Assembly: GCA_027063065.1 (NCBI GenBank)
Contig: JAMOSO010000050.1
Location: 26,243 to 90,242, forward strand
Length of the DNA stretch: 64,000 bases
Direction: 5' to 3'
From: Planctomycetota bacterium
GTDB taxonomy: Bacteria; Planctomycetota; JAMOSO01
Positions within the stretch are counted from its first letter, which is position 1. Every line of letters starts with the position of its first letter. Positions 29,899 to 41,100 of this stretch are shown one piece after another. A program made the translations under genes and the position numbers. The notes beneath the pieces were generated by a model. It was given only the letters and a program-made list of their open reading frames with translations, did not search any database and was not told the origin of the DNA.

Positions 29899-32487
29899 TT
29901 GATTATGACTAAACAAACAAAAAATACATCTAAACACCGCGAACCACTAGCTTTAATAACTATTGGCATCACAGTATTTTTAACACTTAGTTTTGCATCT
30001 TATTCTCCTATGGGCAATGTAACTTCTCAATACCCAACTGATGCAAGCGCTTCAAATATATGTGGACCTGTTGGCGATGCTATCGCTCATTATTGTTACT
30101 TATATTTCGGATATAGCATATATTTATTAATTGGTTCTTTACTAATTATGGCGCTGAGGATATTTCAACAAACGCCTTTAACTTACCCTCTAATTAGACT
30201 TAGTGCATTATATATGGGTGTTATTTTCTTTAGCGGTTTTTTGAGCACCTTTTCTAATTCTCCTAGCTTTCTACCCTCGCTTGGTGGAGTATGGGGAGCA
30301 TTATTAAGCGACTCATTTGTAAAAATGGTTGGTATTTGGGGGGCTAGATTGCTATGCCTAATAATCACTTTAGCTATAGTACCTTATACAGTAGAAGTCT
30401 CTTTGGCGGATATTTATAAATTTTTATTAAACAATCGTCCTAGCATGCCAAAATTACCGACCTTACCCAAACCAAGTTTAAAAACCTTATCTAATCAACA
30501 AAATCAAGAAAAAGCTATCCCTGCCCAAGAACCAACACCAAACTTTGATCTAGAAATACCAGAACCTCAACCTATTGAAGAAATTGAAGAACCAACAACT
30601 AAACCTACTATAGCACCACAGCCAGAATCTGAGCCTACTGATACAGCACCTTTAAGTTTTACTATTAACGGCCCTGTTGCTCCTGAGCCTAAAGAAGAAG
30701 AAACACCAACGCCAGAAGAAGATATTATTCCTGAGCCACCACGACCAACTCCAAGCGTTAGATTACGCAACCACTTAGAAGAAAAACCTAAACCCACACC
30801 AAAACCAGCACTGACAAACACAATAGATGCTCCCTCTTCTGAAACACAAGATTTAGAAGAATATCAATTGCCACCTCTTAATTTACTCAATGAAGGGGTT
30901 TTTGTAGAGACAGCCACTGCCGATGAAATAACAGAAAAAGCACGCATATTAGAGCAGGTTATGTCTGATTTTAAAGTTGAAGCAAAAGTAGTACAGGTCA
31001 ACAAAGGCCCAACTATTACACAATTTGAACTGCGTATCGCATCAGGCATAAAAGTACAAAAGATATCTACTTTATCCTCTAATTTAGCCATGGCATTAAA
31101 AGCAACTAAGGTGCGCGTCGTTGCTCCGATACCCGGCAAAGACACCATTGGTGTCGAAATCCCAAATACCAAGAAAAAAGCTATTTATATGCGTCCTTTG
31201 ATGGAGGCAAATGAAGAAAAAATAAAAGAACAATACTTGCCTATTATTTTAGGTGAAGATGAAACTGGCCAAGCTTTAGTTTGTGATTTGGCTAAATTGC
31301 CACACTTATTAATTGCCGGTAGCACAGGCTCAGGTAAATCGGTATGTATAAATGCTATTATTCAAAGTCTCATCATTAAACGCAGACCTGATGAAGTTAA
31401 GCTTATTTTGGTAGACCCCAAAACTGTAGAAATGGCCGATTACCAGTTTATCCCTCACTTGATGACTCCTGTTGTAACTGATATGGCTAAAGCCAATGCC
31501 GTATTAGAGTGGGCGTGTAAAAAAATGGAAGAACGTTATAAATTTTTAGCCAGATGTAGGGTTAGGAATATAGCCTCATTTAACAATTTAGGCAAAGAAG
31601 CCATTGTTGAAGCCTTACAAAAAGATGGCAAGTATGACCCAGCAAAAGATACTACGTTTAAAATGCCATACATCGTAATGATTATTGATGAATTAGCTGA
31701 TTTGATGATGTTAAGTGCCAATGAAGTAGAAGCCTCTATTACTAGACTAGCACAAAAATCACGTGCTGTTGGTATACATGTTATATTAGCTACCCAGCGA
31801 CCTTCAACCGATGTAGTCACCGGATTAATTAAAGCCAATATGCCAGCACGTTTAGCATTTCAAGTTATATCATCTATTGACTCACGTACCATATTAGACA
31901 GTAAAGGTGCAGAACAGTTATTAGGACAAGGCGATATGCTTTATATGCCACCTAGCGAATCCAGACTATATCGTGCCCAAGGCGTCTATGTTGACGATGA
32001 TGAAATAAAACGAGTGGTCGACTTTTTAGAAAACCAAGCCAAACCAATATTCAATAAAGAATTAGATGAAAAATCAGCTCCTGAAGAATCTTCAGAGCCA
32101 ACCACTGGCAACTCTGGTGTTAATAATGATGAATTATTTAATCAAGCCGTTGAAATTATATTAACTCATCAACGAGGTTCTGTCTCACTATTACAACGTA
32201 AATTAGGCATTGGTTATACACGTGCAGCTAGATTAGTAGATATGATGGCAGAAGATGGCATTTTAGGCGAATACAAAGGCTCAAAAGCCCGTGATATTTT
32301 GATTACACTAGAAGAATGGGAAATTTTAAATAACCCTTCTACACCTGTTGAAAACACCAACACAGAAGAAACACCCGCTGAAGAGCCTGTCTTTAGTAGC
32401 GATGCCGACAAAATGAGAGTTATTGCCAATGAATCACCAACAAAGACAGACGATGACGACAGTTTTTTATCCGTTGATGACGATTAA
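29899..32487 (+). CDS. ftsK: DNA translocase FtsK/SpoIIIE
   Basis: N-terminal 4-TM domain, a P/E-rich linker, a motor domain with Walker A GSTGSGKS, and a C-terminal gamma winged-helix. Confidence 0.93.
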   Translation: MIMTKQTKNTSKHREPLALITIGITVFLTLSFASYSPMGNVTSQYPTDASASNICGPVGDAIAHYCYLYFGYSIYLLIGSLLIMALRIFQQTPLTYPLIRLSALYMGVIFFSGFLSTFSNSPSFLPSLGGVWGALLSDSFVKMVGIWGARLLCLIITLAIVPYTVEVSLADIYKFLLNNRPSMPKLPTLPKPSLKTLSNQQNQEKAIPAQEPTPNFDLEIPEPQPIEEIEEPTTKPTIAPQPESEPTDTAPLSFTINGPVAPEPKEEETPTPEEDIIPEPPRPTPSVRLRNHLEEKPKPTPKPALTNTIDAPSSETQDLEEYQLPPLNLLNEGVFVETATADEITEKARILEQVMSDFKVEAKVVQVNKGPTITQFELRIASGIKVQKISTLSSNLAMALKATKVRVVAPIPGKDTIGVEIPNTKKKAIYMRPLMEANEEKIKEQYLPIILGEDETGQALVCDLAKLPHLLIAGSTGSGKSVCINAIIQSLIIKRRPDEVKLILVDPKTVEMADYQFIPHLMTPVVTDMAKANAVLEWACKKMEERYKFLARCRVRNIASFNNLGKEAIVEALQKDGKYDPAKDTTFKMPYIVMIIDELADLMMLSANEVEASITRLAQKSRAVGIHVILATQRPSTDVVTGLIKANMPARLAFQVISSIDSRTILDSKGAEQLLGQGDMLYMPPSESRLYRAQGVYVDDDEIKRVVDFLENQAKPIFNKELDEKSAPEESSEPTTGNSGVNNDELFNQAVEIILTHQRGSVSLLQRKLGIGYTRAARLVDMMAEDGILGEYKGSKARDILITLEEWEILNNPSTPVENTNTEETPAEEPVFSSDADKMRVIANESPTKTDDDDSFLSVDDD

Positions 32488-32498
32488 TAAATGCTTCA

Positions 32499-33239
32499 AT
32501 GATAACATCTGTAACAAACAACAATATTAAAAGCTGGGTTAAATTGGTCAATAATAGCCAATATAGACGCAAAACTAAAAGTTGCATCATTGAAGGCGAA
32601 ACTATGGTGCGCGAGGCGATTAAACTAAATTTAGTCACAACTATACTTATAAAAGAAAATTCAAAATTACTTAATAATTTTAATATTAATACTGAAATTT
32701 TGAGTGAACATTGTTTTAAAAAAATAAGCAAGCTTAACTCTGTAGAAATAATGGCTATTGTAAATTTACCAAGAAACGAAATTAAATGGCAAACATATTC
32801 AAAAATTTTAGTATGCGATCGACTTCAAAACCCTGATAATTTAGGTAGTTTAATTAGATCAGCTCACGCAGCAAATTTTGATTGTATTATCACTACGCCA
32901 GGTAGTGCAGATATATTTAATCCAAAAACCTTAAGGGCATCAACAGGTTCTGTCTTGCGATTTACTTGTTTGCAAATGCCTGAAAAAACATTATTTACCC
33001 ATCTTAAAGATAATTTTTTTACCACATTTGGTTTAGCTGCCAATGGCAATTACGATTTATTTAAACAGAAACCTACTGGCAAAGTGGCATTAATTGTTGG
33101 TAATGAAGGTCAAGGACTAAGCCAGACCATTTTATCAGCCATTGATTATAAAACATCATTGCCAATTAATAATCAAGTAGAAAGTCTAAATGCTGCAATC
33201 GCAGCATCTATAGCAATGTATAAAATTTCATGGGGCTAA
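32499..33239 (+). CDS. TrmH/SpoU-family RNA 2'-O-methyltransferase
   Basis: SPOUT motifs (NLGSLIRSA, LIVGNEGQGLS, ESLNAA). Confidence 0.8.
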   Translation: MITSVTNNNIKSWVKLVNNSQYRRKTKSCIIEGETMVREAIKLNLVTTILIKENSKLLNNFNINTEILSEHCFKKISKLNSVEIMAIVNLPRNEIKWQTYSKILVCDRLQNPDNLGSLIRSAHAANFDCIITTPGSADIFNPKTLRASTGSVLRFTCLQMPEKTLFTHLKDNFFTTFGLAANGNYDLFKQKPTGKVALIVGNEGQGLSQTILSAIDYKTSLPINNQVESLNAAIAASIAMYKISWG

Positions 33240-33290
33240 TGACAAATCATTAAACTTGCACCCACAACCTCTATCAGTAATATAGGAACT

Positions 33291-34139
33291 ATGAACAATT
33301 ACCAAAACCCATTTTGTAACGGCGGATTTGCACAACCAAGTATAACTCCAGCCATAAAAAAAATTATGATTTTTACAGTTGTTGTATATTTTATACAGCG
33401 ATTATCAGGTCCAAGCTTTACAGCTTTTTTTGGTTTAGTACCCGATCTATTACTCAAAGGTTATATCTGGCAGTTACTAACTTATAATTTTTTACATGAC
33501 CCATACGGCATAGGTCATATTATTTTCAATATGATGACCTTATACTTTTGCGGAAGTGGTGTCGAACGCGTATTAGGCTTTAAAAAATTTATTTGGTTTT
33601 ATATTTTATGTGGAGTAGGAGGCGGTATTGTAACCAGTTTGATTTCCATCGCGTTAGGCACTGGTGGCATCGTTACTATTGGTGCGTCAGCAGCTGTTTT
33701 AGGAGTATTAATTGCTTTTGCTCAATTAAACCCTCAAGCAACATTTCTTATATTTTTTATTATACCCGTAAAAGCAAAACATATGACTACATTATTAGTT
33801 GTATTAAATCTACTTATGGGATTACCAGACCCAAGCGGTAGTGGTGGCGGTATTGCTGTATGGGCGCATTTAGGCGGTATGGCTGTTGGTTATCTGTTAA
33901 TTATGTGGGATAAAAAGACAGGCTTTGCACACGACAATTATCCATTTATAGAAAAATTTACCAGTTTAAAACGCCAACTAACAGAAAAAAAATTACGTTC
34001 TGAATTTAAAAATGCCTCTCTTGAAAAAGACAAAGTTGATGTCTTATTAGATAAAATTGCTAAATACGGTATGCCTAGCTTAAGCGATGAAGAAAGAACA
34101 TTTTTAACTAACTTTTCAAGACGACAGTCAAAGAAGTAA
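33291..34139 (+). CDS. Rhomboid-family intramembrane protease-like protein
   Basis: Six TM helices. A GASA motif where GxSG is expected (IGASAAVLG), and an AHLGG His motif. Confidence 0.7.
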   Translation: MNNYQNPFCNGGFAQPSITPAIKKIMIFTVVVYFIQRLSGPSFTAFFGLVPDLLLKGYIWQLLTYNFLHDPYGIGHIIFNMMTLYFCGSGVERVLGFKKFIWFYILCGVGGGIVTSLISIALGTGGIVTIGASAAVLGVLIAFAQLNPQATFLIFFIIPVKAKHMTTLLVVLNLLMGLPDPSGSGGGIAVWAHLGGMAVGYLLIMWDKKTGFAHDNYPFIEKFTSLKRQLTEKKLRSEFKNASLEKDKVDVLLDKIAKYGMPSLSDEERTFLTNFSRRQSKK

Positions 34140-36198
34140 TCAGCTCATCTAAAGTTTTTAATAACTTCTTATTTAATAATGTACGCTCATCACTTATTAA
34201 ATTATTGACACGTCTTGCCTCTGTAGCGTTTTTTAACGCTAACATATATTGCTTATTTGCTTTGTAATGTTGTGCAAGGCGCAATCTATATAAAGGTTTA
34301 TAAGGATATAATTCAACCGCTTTAACCAATAATCTTATTATTTCTTCCCTAGCAGAATTTCCATGTAACGCCCAAAGCACATTAGCTAGTTGCACCCAAT
34401 TACCAGCTTTAACGCTGTTAGCTTGTAAAGCTTTGCGCGCAAACATTTCTGCCAATTTTGACGTTTTAACGCCATCATAAGACTCTTGATGGTAATTATA
34501 CTTTAATTGCAAAGCGGCTTTACTAGCATTTAAATATACCTTATCAGTATGAACGCCTTGTTCTATTGCAAAAATACATCTTTGTAAATTATCCTCTGGC
34601 GAGTTAGCAGTAAAATTCATAGTTTTTGATAAAAGAATAGACTGATTAAAACTTGGATATACAATAAAAAAGTAAGTGCTTGTACCCAGTATAAATACCA
34701 ATATTTGCACAACTGCACGCCTGTTATTATGCAAATTAATAACTGAATAACTATCATGGGCAAAAATTGTAATTATTAATAATAGAGTTAACCAATATAA
34801 AGCTGGTACATATAAATCAAAATCAATAAAAGAATGAATAGATAAAATTAATAATAATATTTGAAATAACTTTATTTTTAATTGATTGTTCAACAGGTTT
34901 AAACCTTCATAAAAAAACCAAAATCCACAAGCTAATGCAAAGGCAACAACTAAAATTCCTACGGCATAATGCTCTAAGGTAAAACTAAACAAATTAGAGC
35001 CATCAGCTCGACTAAATAAAACTGCTAAAGCTACAGCAATCAATAAACTTATATAATACAAACTTTTTGGATACTTACTAACAATGGCTGTTTGTGTATC
35101 AATGATTGTTTTATCATTTATAATCGGCTTTAGTGCACATAATGAAATATACAAAAAAGACCCGCCACCAATGAGACCTAATTCACAAAAAAGTTGTAAA
35201 AAATTATTATGTGCTTTTTGCACCTCCCACCCATCAATAGTTTTATAAGTGGCATAATAATCACCAAACGTGCCTAATCCTGTACCTAAGAAAAAATGAT
35301 GCATCCACATTTGCAAACCAGCCAACCAATACTGCCAGCGTACACTCATACTTAATATTGAAGAATTTAATTGGGTGGTAAAATAAACAACAGAAAATAA
35401 CACCGTCACTAGCAAAATGCCGTAACGTATTTTCTTATTTTTAACACTATTAAAAACACTAATAAATAAGGCTAAAGCAATAGCTCCATAACTACCTTTT
35501 GATTTAGTTAAGTACAAGATATAAATTAAAAAGCTGGCTATCAATCCTCCTGAGATACACAAGTGATATTTTGATTTTTTAAATGCAGTATATGCAATAA
35601 CTACACAGGCAATAAATGCCACTGATATATATATACCTAAAGCATTTGAAGTAATAAAAGATGCAAAAATATCATCAGAATTAATCCTAGCTAAAAACAT
35701 TGATTTTAACTGCCCAAAAGATTCTAAATATTGGGGATTATTTGCAATCATACGTCTAGTTAATATCAATGAAACTTTATATTGATACACGCCGTAAATG
35801 CCTATTGGCAAAGCACATCCCAATGAGAGTGCAAATATTGTTAAAATAAAATCTTTAGAGCTTATCAATAAAAACGATAAAACAACCAAAATAGGAATTG
35901 TAAAATCAATTAACTGTTGCCATGTCTGCGCCGAATTTTTAGTATAAATAAGACTGAGCCAACAACTGCACAAAAACAAACATAATGGTACTATCCCCTT
36001 TCTATTATATACCAAACCGCCTAGATGTAATGTGCTAGTAACCAAAATAATGGATGAAATAACCCACAAAGCATTAATAGCCGAATTAGCCAATTGATAT
36101 GGCACTGAACCACTAATAAAAAACCGATTTACCACTGCAACAACCAACAAACAAAAAGCTAAATGAGGTGCATATTGATATAATCGGTTACTTTGCAT
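34108..36198 (-). CDS. O-antigen ligase/polymerase (Wzy_C)-like membrane protein with a C-terminal TPR domain
   Basis: About 12 TM helices with a large periplasmic loop. The C-terminal 200 aa is helical and TPR-like. Confidence 0.6.
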   Translation of the reverse strand: MQSNRLYQYAPHLAFCLLVVAVVNRFFISGSVPYQLANSAINALWVISSIILVTSTLHLGGLVYNRKGIVPLCLFLCSCWLSLIYTKNSAQTWQQLIDFTIPILVVLSFLLISSKDFILTIFALSLGCALPIGIYGVYQYKVSLILTRRMIANNPQYLESFGQLKSMFLARINSDDIFASFITSNALGIYISVAFIACVVIAYTAFKKSKYHLCISGGLIASFLIYILYLTKSKGSYGAIALALFISVFNSVKNKKIRYGILLVTVLFSVVYFTTQLNSSILSMSVRWQYWLAGLQMWMHHFFLGTGLGTFGDYYATYKTIDGWEVQKAHNNFLQLFCELGLIGGGSFLYISLCALKPIINDKTIIDTQTAIVSKYPKSLYYISLLIAVALAVLFSRADGSNLFSFTLEHYAVGILVVAFALACGFWFFYEGLNLLNNQLKIKLFQILLLILSIHSFIDFDLYVPALYWLTLLLIITIFAHDSYSVINLHNNRRAVVQILVFILGTSTYFFIVYPSFNQSILLSKTMNFTANSPEDNLQRCIFAIEQGVHTDKVYLNASKAALQLKYNYHQESYDGVKTSKLAEMFARKALQANSVKAGNWVQLANVLWALHGNSAREEIIRLLVKAVELYPYKPLYRLRLAQHYKANKQYMLALKNATEARRVNNLISDERTLLNKKLLKTLDELITSLTVVLKS

Positions 36199-36228
36199 TT
36201 AAGCCTATTAAAAAAGAATCAGCTTGTC

Positions 36229-37617
36229 TTAAGCCTTAGACCAAGTTACACCATCTGCAGTATCAACAAGTATAATCCCCATAGACGATAATTGATCACG
36301 AATTTTATCAGCTTCTTGCCAATTTTTATTTTCACGGGCTTCTTTACGTTTCAAAATTAAATCTTCAACCTGTTGATCTAAAGTTAACACTTCTGCCTCT
36401 TGCAATAAATTTAAAGCTAAAATTTTATCACAAAATTTAACAACAGTATGCTTTTCACCATCTGTAATTTCTGGGTTTTTTAAAACATCCCATAAGGAAG
36501 CCAATGCCCGTGGCATATTTAAGTCATTATTACAAAAATTTAAAAACTTATTTATAGCTTCTTGGGTACGCACTGTCTCCTCTGCCTCTATTGACAACAA
36601 TGCTTGTGTACGAGCCTTTAATTTTTTATAACCCTGAGCAGCACCATCAAGTGCCTCAAAAGTAAAAGTTAATTGAGTACGATAATGGGCATTTAATAAA
36701 AAATATCTATATGCCAATGGATTATAACCTTTGTCAATTAAAGTTTGAACAGTAATAAACCCACCACCAGATTTAGACATTTTACCTTTATCTAAAACTA
36801 AAAATTCACTATGAAGCCAATAATTAACCCATTTCTTGCCTGTTACAACCTCACTTTGAGCTATTTCATTAGTATGATGAATTGATACATGATCAATACC
36901 TCCACAGTGAATATCAAACTGCTCACCCAAATATTTCATACTCATGGCAGAACACTCAATATGCCACCCTGGAAAACCAACCCCCCAAGGACTATCCCAT
37001 TCCATTAGACGCTGTTCGTTCTTAGGGCTAAATTTCCAAAGTGCAAAATCTGTAAAGTTACGTTTGCCCGCAATCATCTCAACCCTAGCGCCTGCTTGCA
37101 TACCTTCAATATCTAAATTTGCGATACGCCCATAATCTTTAATTTTAGATGTATCACAATAAATGCCATCTTCTAATTGATATGTAACGCCTTTTACTTC
37201 CATAGCTTTAACCATATCAATTTGTTCTTGAATATGCTCTGTAGCCTTACACCAAATACCAGGTTGTGCTATATTTAAATGTTGTAAATCCAACATAAAA
37301 GCATCGGTATAGCCCTGAGCTATCTCCCAAACGGTTTTACCTTCACGACGAGCACCTGCTTCCATTTTATCCTCGCCATCATCACCGTCGCTAACCAAAT
37401 GCCCAACATCAGTAATATTCATCACATGCTTTACAGCAAAGCCATTGGCCTCTAAAACTTTTTTTAAAATATCTTCAAAGACAAATGTGCGTAAATTGCC
37501 GATATGAGCAAAATTATAAACAGTGGGGCCACAGGTATAAATACCTACTTCATTTGGGTTTATAGGGATAAATTCTTGTACAGAACGTCCATCAGTATTA
37601 TATAGTTTTATAGTCAT
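36229..37617 (-). CDS. cysS: Cysteinyl-tRNA synthetase
   Basis: HIGN (HIGH-like) motif, KMSKS, and the zinc-binding Cys/His pattern. Confidence 0.95.
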   Translation of the reverse strand: MTIKLYNTDGRSVQEFIPINPNEVGIYTCGPTVYNFAHIGNLRTFVFEDILKKVLEANGFAVKHVMNITDVGHLVSDGDDGEDKMEAGARREGKTVWEIAQGYTDAFMLDLQHLNIAQPGIWCKATEHIQEQIDMVKAMEVKGVTYQLEDGIYCDTSKIKDYGRIANLDIEGMQAGARVEMIAGKRNFTDFALWKFSPKNEQRLMEWDSPWGVGFPGWHIECSAMSMKYLGEQFDIHCGGIDHVSIHHTNEIAQSEVVTGKKWVNYWLHSEFLVLDKGKMSKSGGGFITVQTLIDKGYNPLAYRYFLLNAHYRTQLTFTFEALDGAAQGYKKLKARTQALLSIEAEETVRTQEAINKFLNFCNNDLNMPRALASLWDVLKNPEITDGEKHTVVKFCDKILALNLLQEAEVLTLDQQVEDLILKRKEARENKNWQEADKIRDQLSSMGIILVDTADGVTWSKA

Positions 37618-37680
37618 AGCTTAATTATAACAAAACAATAATAAAGCTAAACTTGTTTTTAGATACAAAAAATTAGATTA

Positions 37681-38106
37681 TTAACCCGAAACTGTAATAC
37701 CTGTTTTGGTTTCCGTATCCAGAGACTCTGTACTGGCTTTTTTCATAGCTTCTTGCCAAGCCTGACGTAAATCCTCAACTAAACCTATAACGTCTTGCAC
37801 TTTCTTAGTATTATATTCCATATTGGCATCTACTAAATGTAAATACATAAAGTTATACAAAGAAAATAAATTTTTACATAAGGCCTCATCAACATCGTAA
37901 TTTAAACAACTCATAAGTTCGGCCAAAATCTTTTGCATTTTAATCAGTAAAGTATGGGCATCTTCACGTGACTCGAATCCCGCATCCATTTTATCAATTG
38001 CCTGATTACCAAAACGAATTAAACCGCCATATAACATATTGACTAGCTCTGATTTCTTAGCGCTAGCAACTTGATTACGTAAATAACTATTAATTCCCTT
38101 TTGCAT
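37681..38106 (-). CDS. fliS: Flagellar export chaperone FliS
   Basis: 141 aa. MLYGGLIRF and LYNFMYLHLVDAN match FliS conservation. Lies downstream of fliD. Confidence 0.8.
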   Translation of the reverse strand: MQKGINSYLRNQVASAKKSELVNMLYGGLIRFGNQAIDKMDAGFESREDAHTLLIKMQKILAELMSCLNYDVDEALCKNLFSLYNFMYLHLVDANMEYNTKKVQDVIGLVEDLRQAWQEAMKKASTESLDTETKTGITVSG

Positions 38107-38151
38107 AGATTCTTAATATCGGTAAAAAACAACTATTACTTTAGGCATTAT

Positions 38152-41100
38152 TTATAACATTCCTTGAAATGATGCCGATTGTGATTGTAACTGACTCATA
38201 GCGGTTTCCATCGCATCAAACTGTCTTTGTAAACGCAATTTAGTTTGCATTGCACGATCTTCAATAGTACTTAACCTATCCTCATAATCGCTAATATTTT
38301 GATCAATCCTATCACTTTCAGCAAAAGTTAATCCATCAAAACTATTTACAATATCATCTAAACTGCCGTTAACTTTATCTCCTAACCCTCTATTCTCAAA
38401 AGTTTGTACCTCAACTAACCGTGCAACTCCATCAGCGTCATCACCTAATGCATCAATCTTAAATCTAATTCTATCGGTATGTAAAGTCTCCGGAAAAGAA
38501 AAAAAGTTTGTGGCTAAAGCATTATCTGTCGTTGAGACCTGATCCTGCCACTGACCTAAATTTTTATCAAAATATTGTAAAGTAAAATCTTTCCAACCAT
38601 ATTTTGCAGCTGGCATACTTGGAGTGTCAATTTGATACATTGTCAAAGAATCAATATTTCTTACTTTTCCAAAATTAAGCTCTAAATAATCACCTGAGCT
38701 CCAATTTGAATTTTGCCAACCATTGGTAGAGCCAAAGGATGCTGAATCTTCATTACCATTAATCACATTTTGAGCATCATAATCATCATCTGTAGTAGCA
38801 GAAATATAACTACCCTCAGCAGACGAACCAACATTTGCCTCATAAGTAAACAATTTTTCTACTGCACTAATATCATTATCTAGCGCGCTTTTAAAACGCT
38901 TTTCATCATATTTAATCGTTCCGTCAGTATCTAATCTTATCCCAACCGAATAAAAACCAGTATAGGCACCACTAGTTCCTTTAACTGGGTTTGAAAGCAT
39001 ATCAAATATTTTATTTTGTACTCTTCGTATTGCAGAATTTCCATATAAAACACCTTTAGTGATGGCTGTGGACTCTTCTTTACCTTCTTTATCTGCTGTA
39101 CCATCTGCCAAATCATCACCTACTTCAAACTTAGTCAAAGTATTAATATCTTCTAAAACCTGATTAAGTTGATCCACAAAAGACTGCATCTTTTCCACTA
39201 AACTATCTGTATCACGTTTAACATTTAATGTAACTTTTTTATCCGATGCCGATTTAATATCTAAAGTTAAACCAGACACAATATTTTTAACCTTATTTGA
39301 ACCACTTTTTATTAATAATGGGTTAGCATTAGCGCCATCAACTCCCATAAAAACCAAAGCGTCTTGAGCCTTAGTTGTTTGAGTAAAAGATAAACCATCT
39401 ATAGCCGAATCAATAGTAATAGCCGCACTTTCACCAGCGACTTCTGAATTTATAGAAAGACGATAAGGGGTTGAACCGGCACCTGTTTGAATAATACTGG
39501 CATTTAACAAATCAGATTTAGCATCTATTTTTGTTTGTAAAGTTTCTAGTGTGTCTTCACTATTAGTAGTAATTTGAAAATCATACGAACCATTAATTTC
39601 TGAATCTGAAATTGGGGAAGTTAATAAATTTAAACTTTTGGCTGTTCCAGATGTACCATCTGTGATTTGCAAAGAGCCCGATCCACCTGTAGTATCTACA
39701 ATTTTAATACCATCACCCGTATCGTTAATAGAAGCCGTAACAGCTGTACCTGCTTTAGAATTGATTTTAGCAATAACATCATCTAAAGTTTTATCAGCAA
39801 CATTAATTTCTACTTCCCATTTAGTTCCATTACGATCTTTTATATTAAAAATACCCTCATTAATACCCTTTCCTCCATTAAAATTTTCCATTTTAGTCTG
39901 ACCAGAAAATATCGCCATATCCAAATCACCACCAATAACTTCATCTACTTCTGTTCCTGGGTCATTGTCAATGCCTAAATCTTCAGCCATATCACCGCTA
40001 ATTTTTAAATCTCCGCTATCACCAGTAGTATCCCGTAACTGTATACCATTACCATTTTTATTAATACTAACTTGTACGCTTGCTCCAGAATTGTTAATAC
40101 CTTTTATTACATCCTGCAAGGTCTCTGCAGAACTCAAATCGACTGTTGTTGAAGATCCATCGCGTGTTTCTATTGTAATATCACCAGTTCTAATACCTGT
40201 TTTGTTAATACCTGCTAAATTGCGTAACAAAACATCATTTAATCCTGCAACCACGCGCCCAGATAAAGATGTTGATGACACCCCATCCTCACCCGTGTCT
40301 AAACCTAAACCTTCCGCAACTGTACCCAACTGTATTCCTCCCGCAGTTTTGTCGGTAAAAACCATATCTCCACCACCTGAGGAACTATCTTCAAGCTTTA
40401 TGCTATTACCATCATCACTTAAAGAAGCTGTAATATTAATACTATTATCCGACAGTTCAGAATTTAATACAGATATCAAATCGCCGACATTATTTATATT
40501 TTTGCCTTTTAATGTGATATCAGCTGAATTATCATCGCCATCTTCAACACTAATAGTGCCAAGAGTAATACCTAATCCGTCATTTAAAACTGCTATACTA
40601 GTTGAATTATTAACTCCATGTATATCTGAACCTGTTAGCGTTCCTGTAGCAGTACCTAATATGCCCAAGTCTGATGCTGTTGTACCACCTGAAACCTCAT
40701 TAACCGTAATATCTCCACCTGTTCCATCAGTCAAAACTAATTTATCACCTGAATCACTAATACTTGCCGTAATATCTAAGCCAGAGTTATTAATAGCTTC
40801 TAAAACAGAATCAACATCCACAGCTCGACTTAAATCAATAGATTCAGTATTGCCTGACCCATCTGTAATACTAATTTCTCCCCTACTAATACCTTGTCCA
40901 TTATTTAATTCATCAACTATAGTACTTTTACCTAAATTACGACTACCAAACGCCAACTCCATAGTGCCTGCGCCTATAGGAGTATCGTCACTTGTAAAAC
41001 CAGAACTATAAAAAGCTGCTGCAGAAGCCGTTTGCGAAACTTCAAAAGAATAAGTACCAACTGGAGTAGCAGAAGTGGATGCACCTAATAAAATAGACTC

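Noticed and set aside
30183..32429. Several minus-strand ORFs inside ftsK (30183-30368, 30567-30821, 30864-31172, 31536-31838, 32214-32429)
   Set aside because: Antisense to a well-supported ftsK. Glycine/serine-rich low-complexity products.
39638..41011. Plus-strand ORFs 39638..39901 and 39965..41011 inside fliD
   Set aside because: They are antisense to the fliD repeat region. S/P/L-rich translations are typical of the reverse frame of a G/D/T/S-rich gene. There is no start context.
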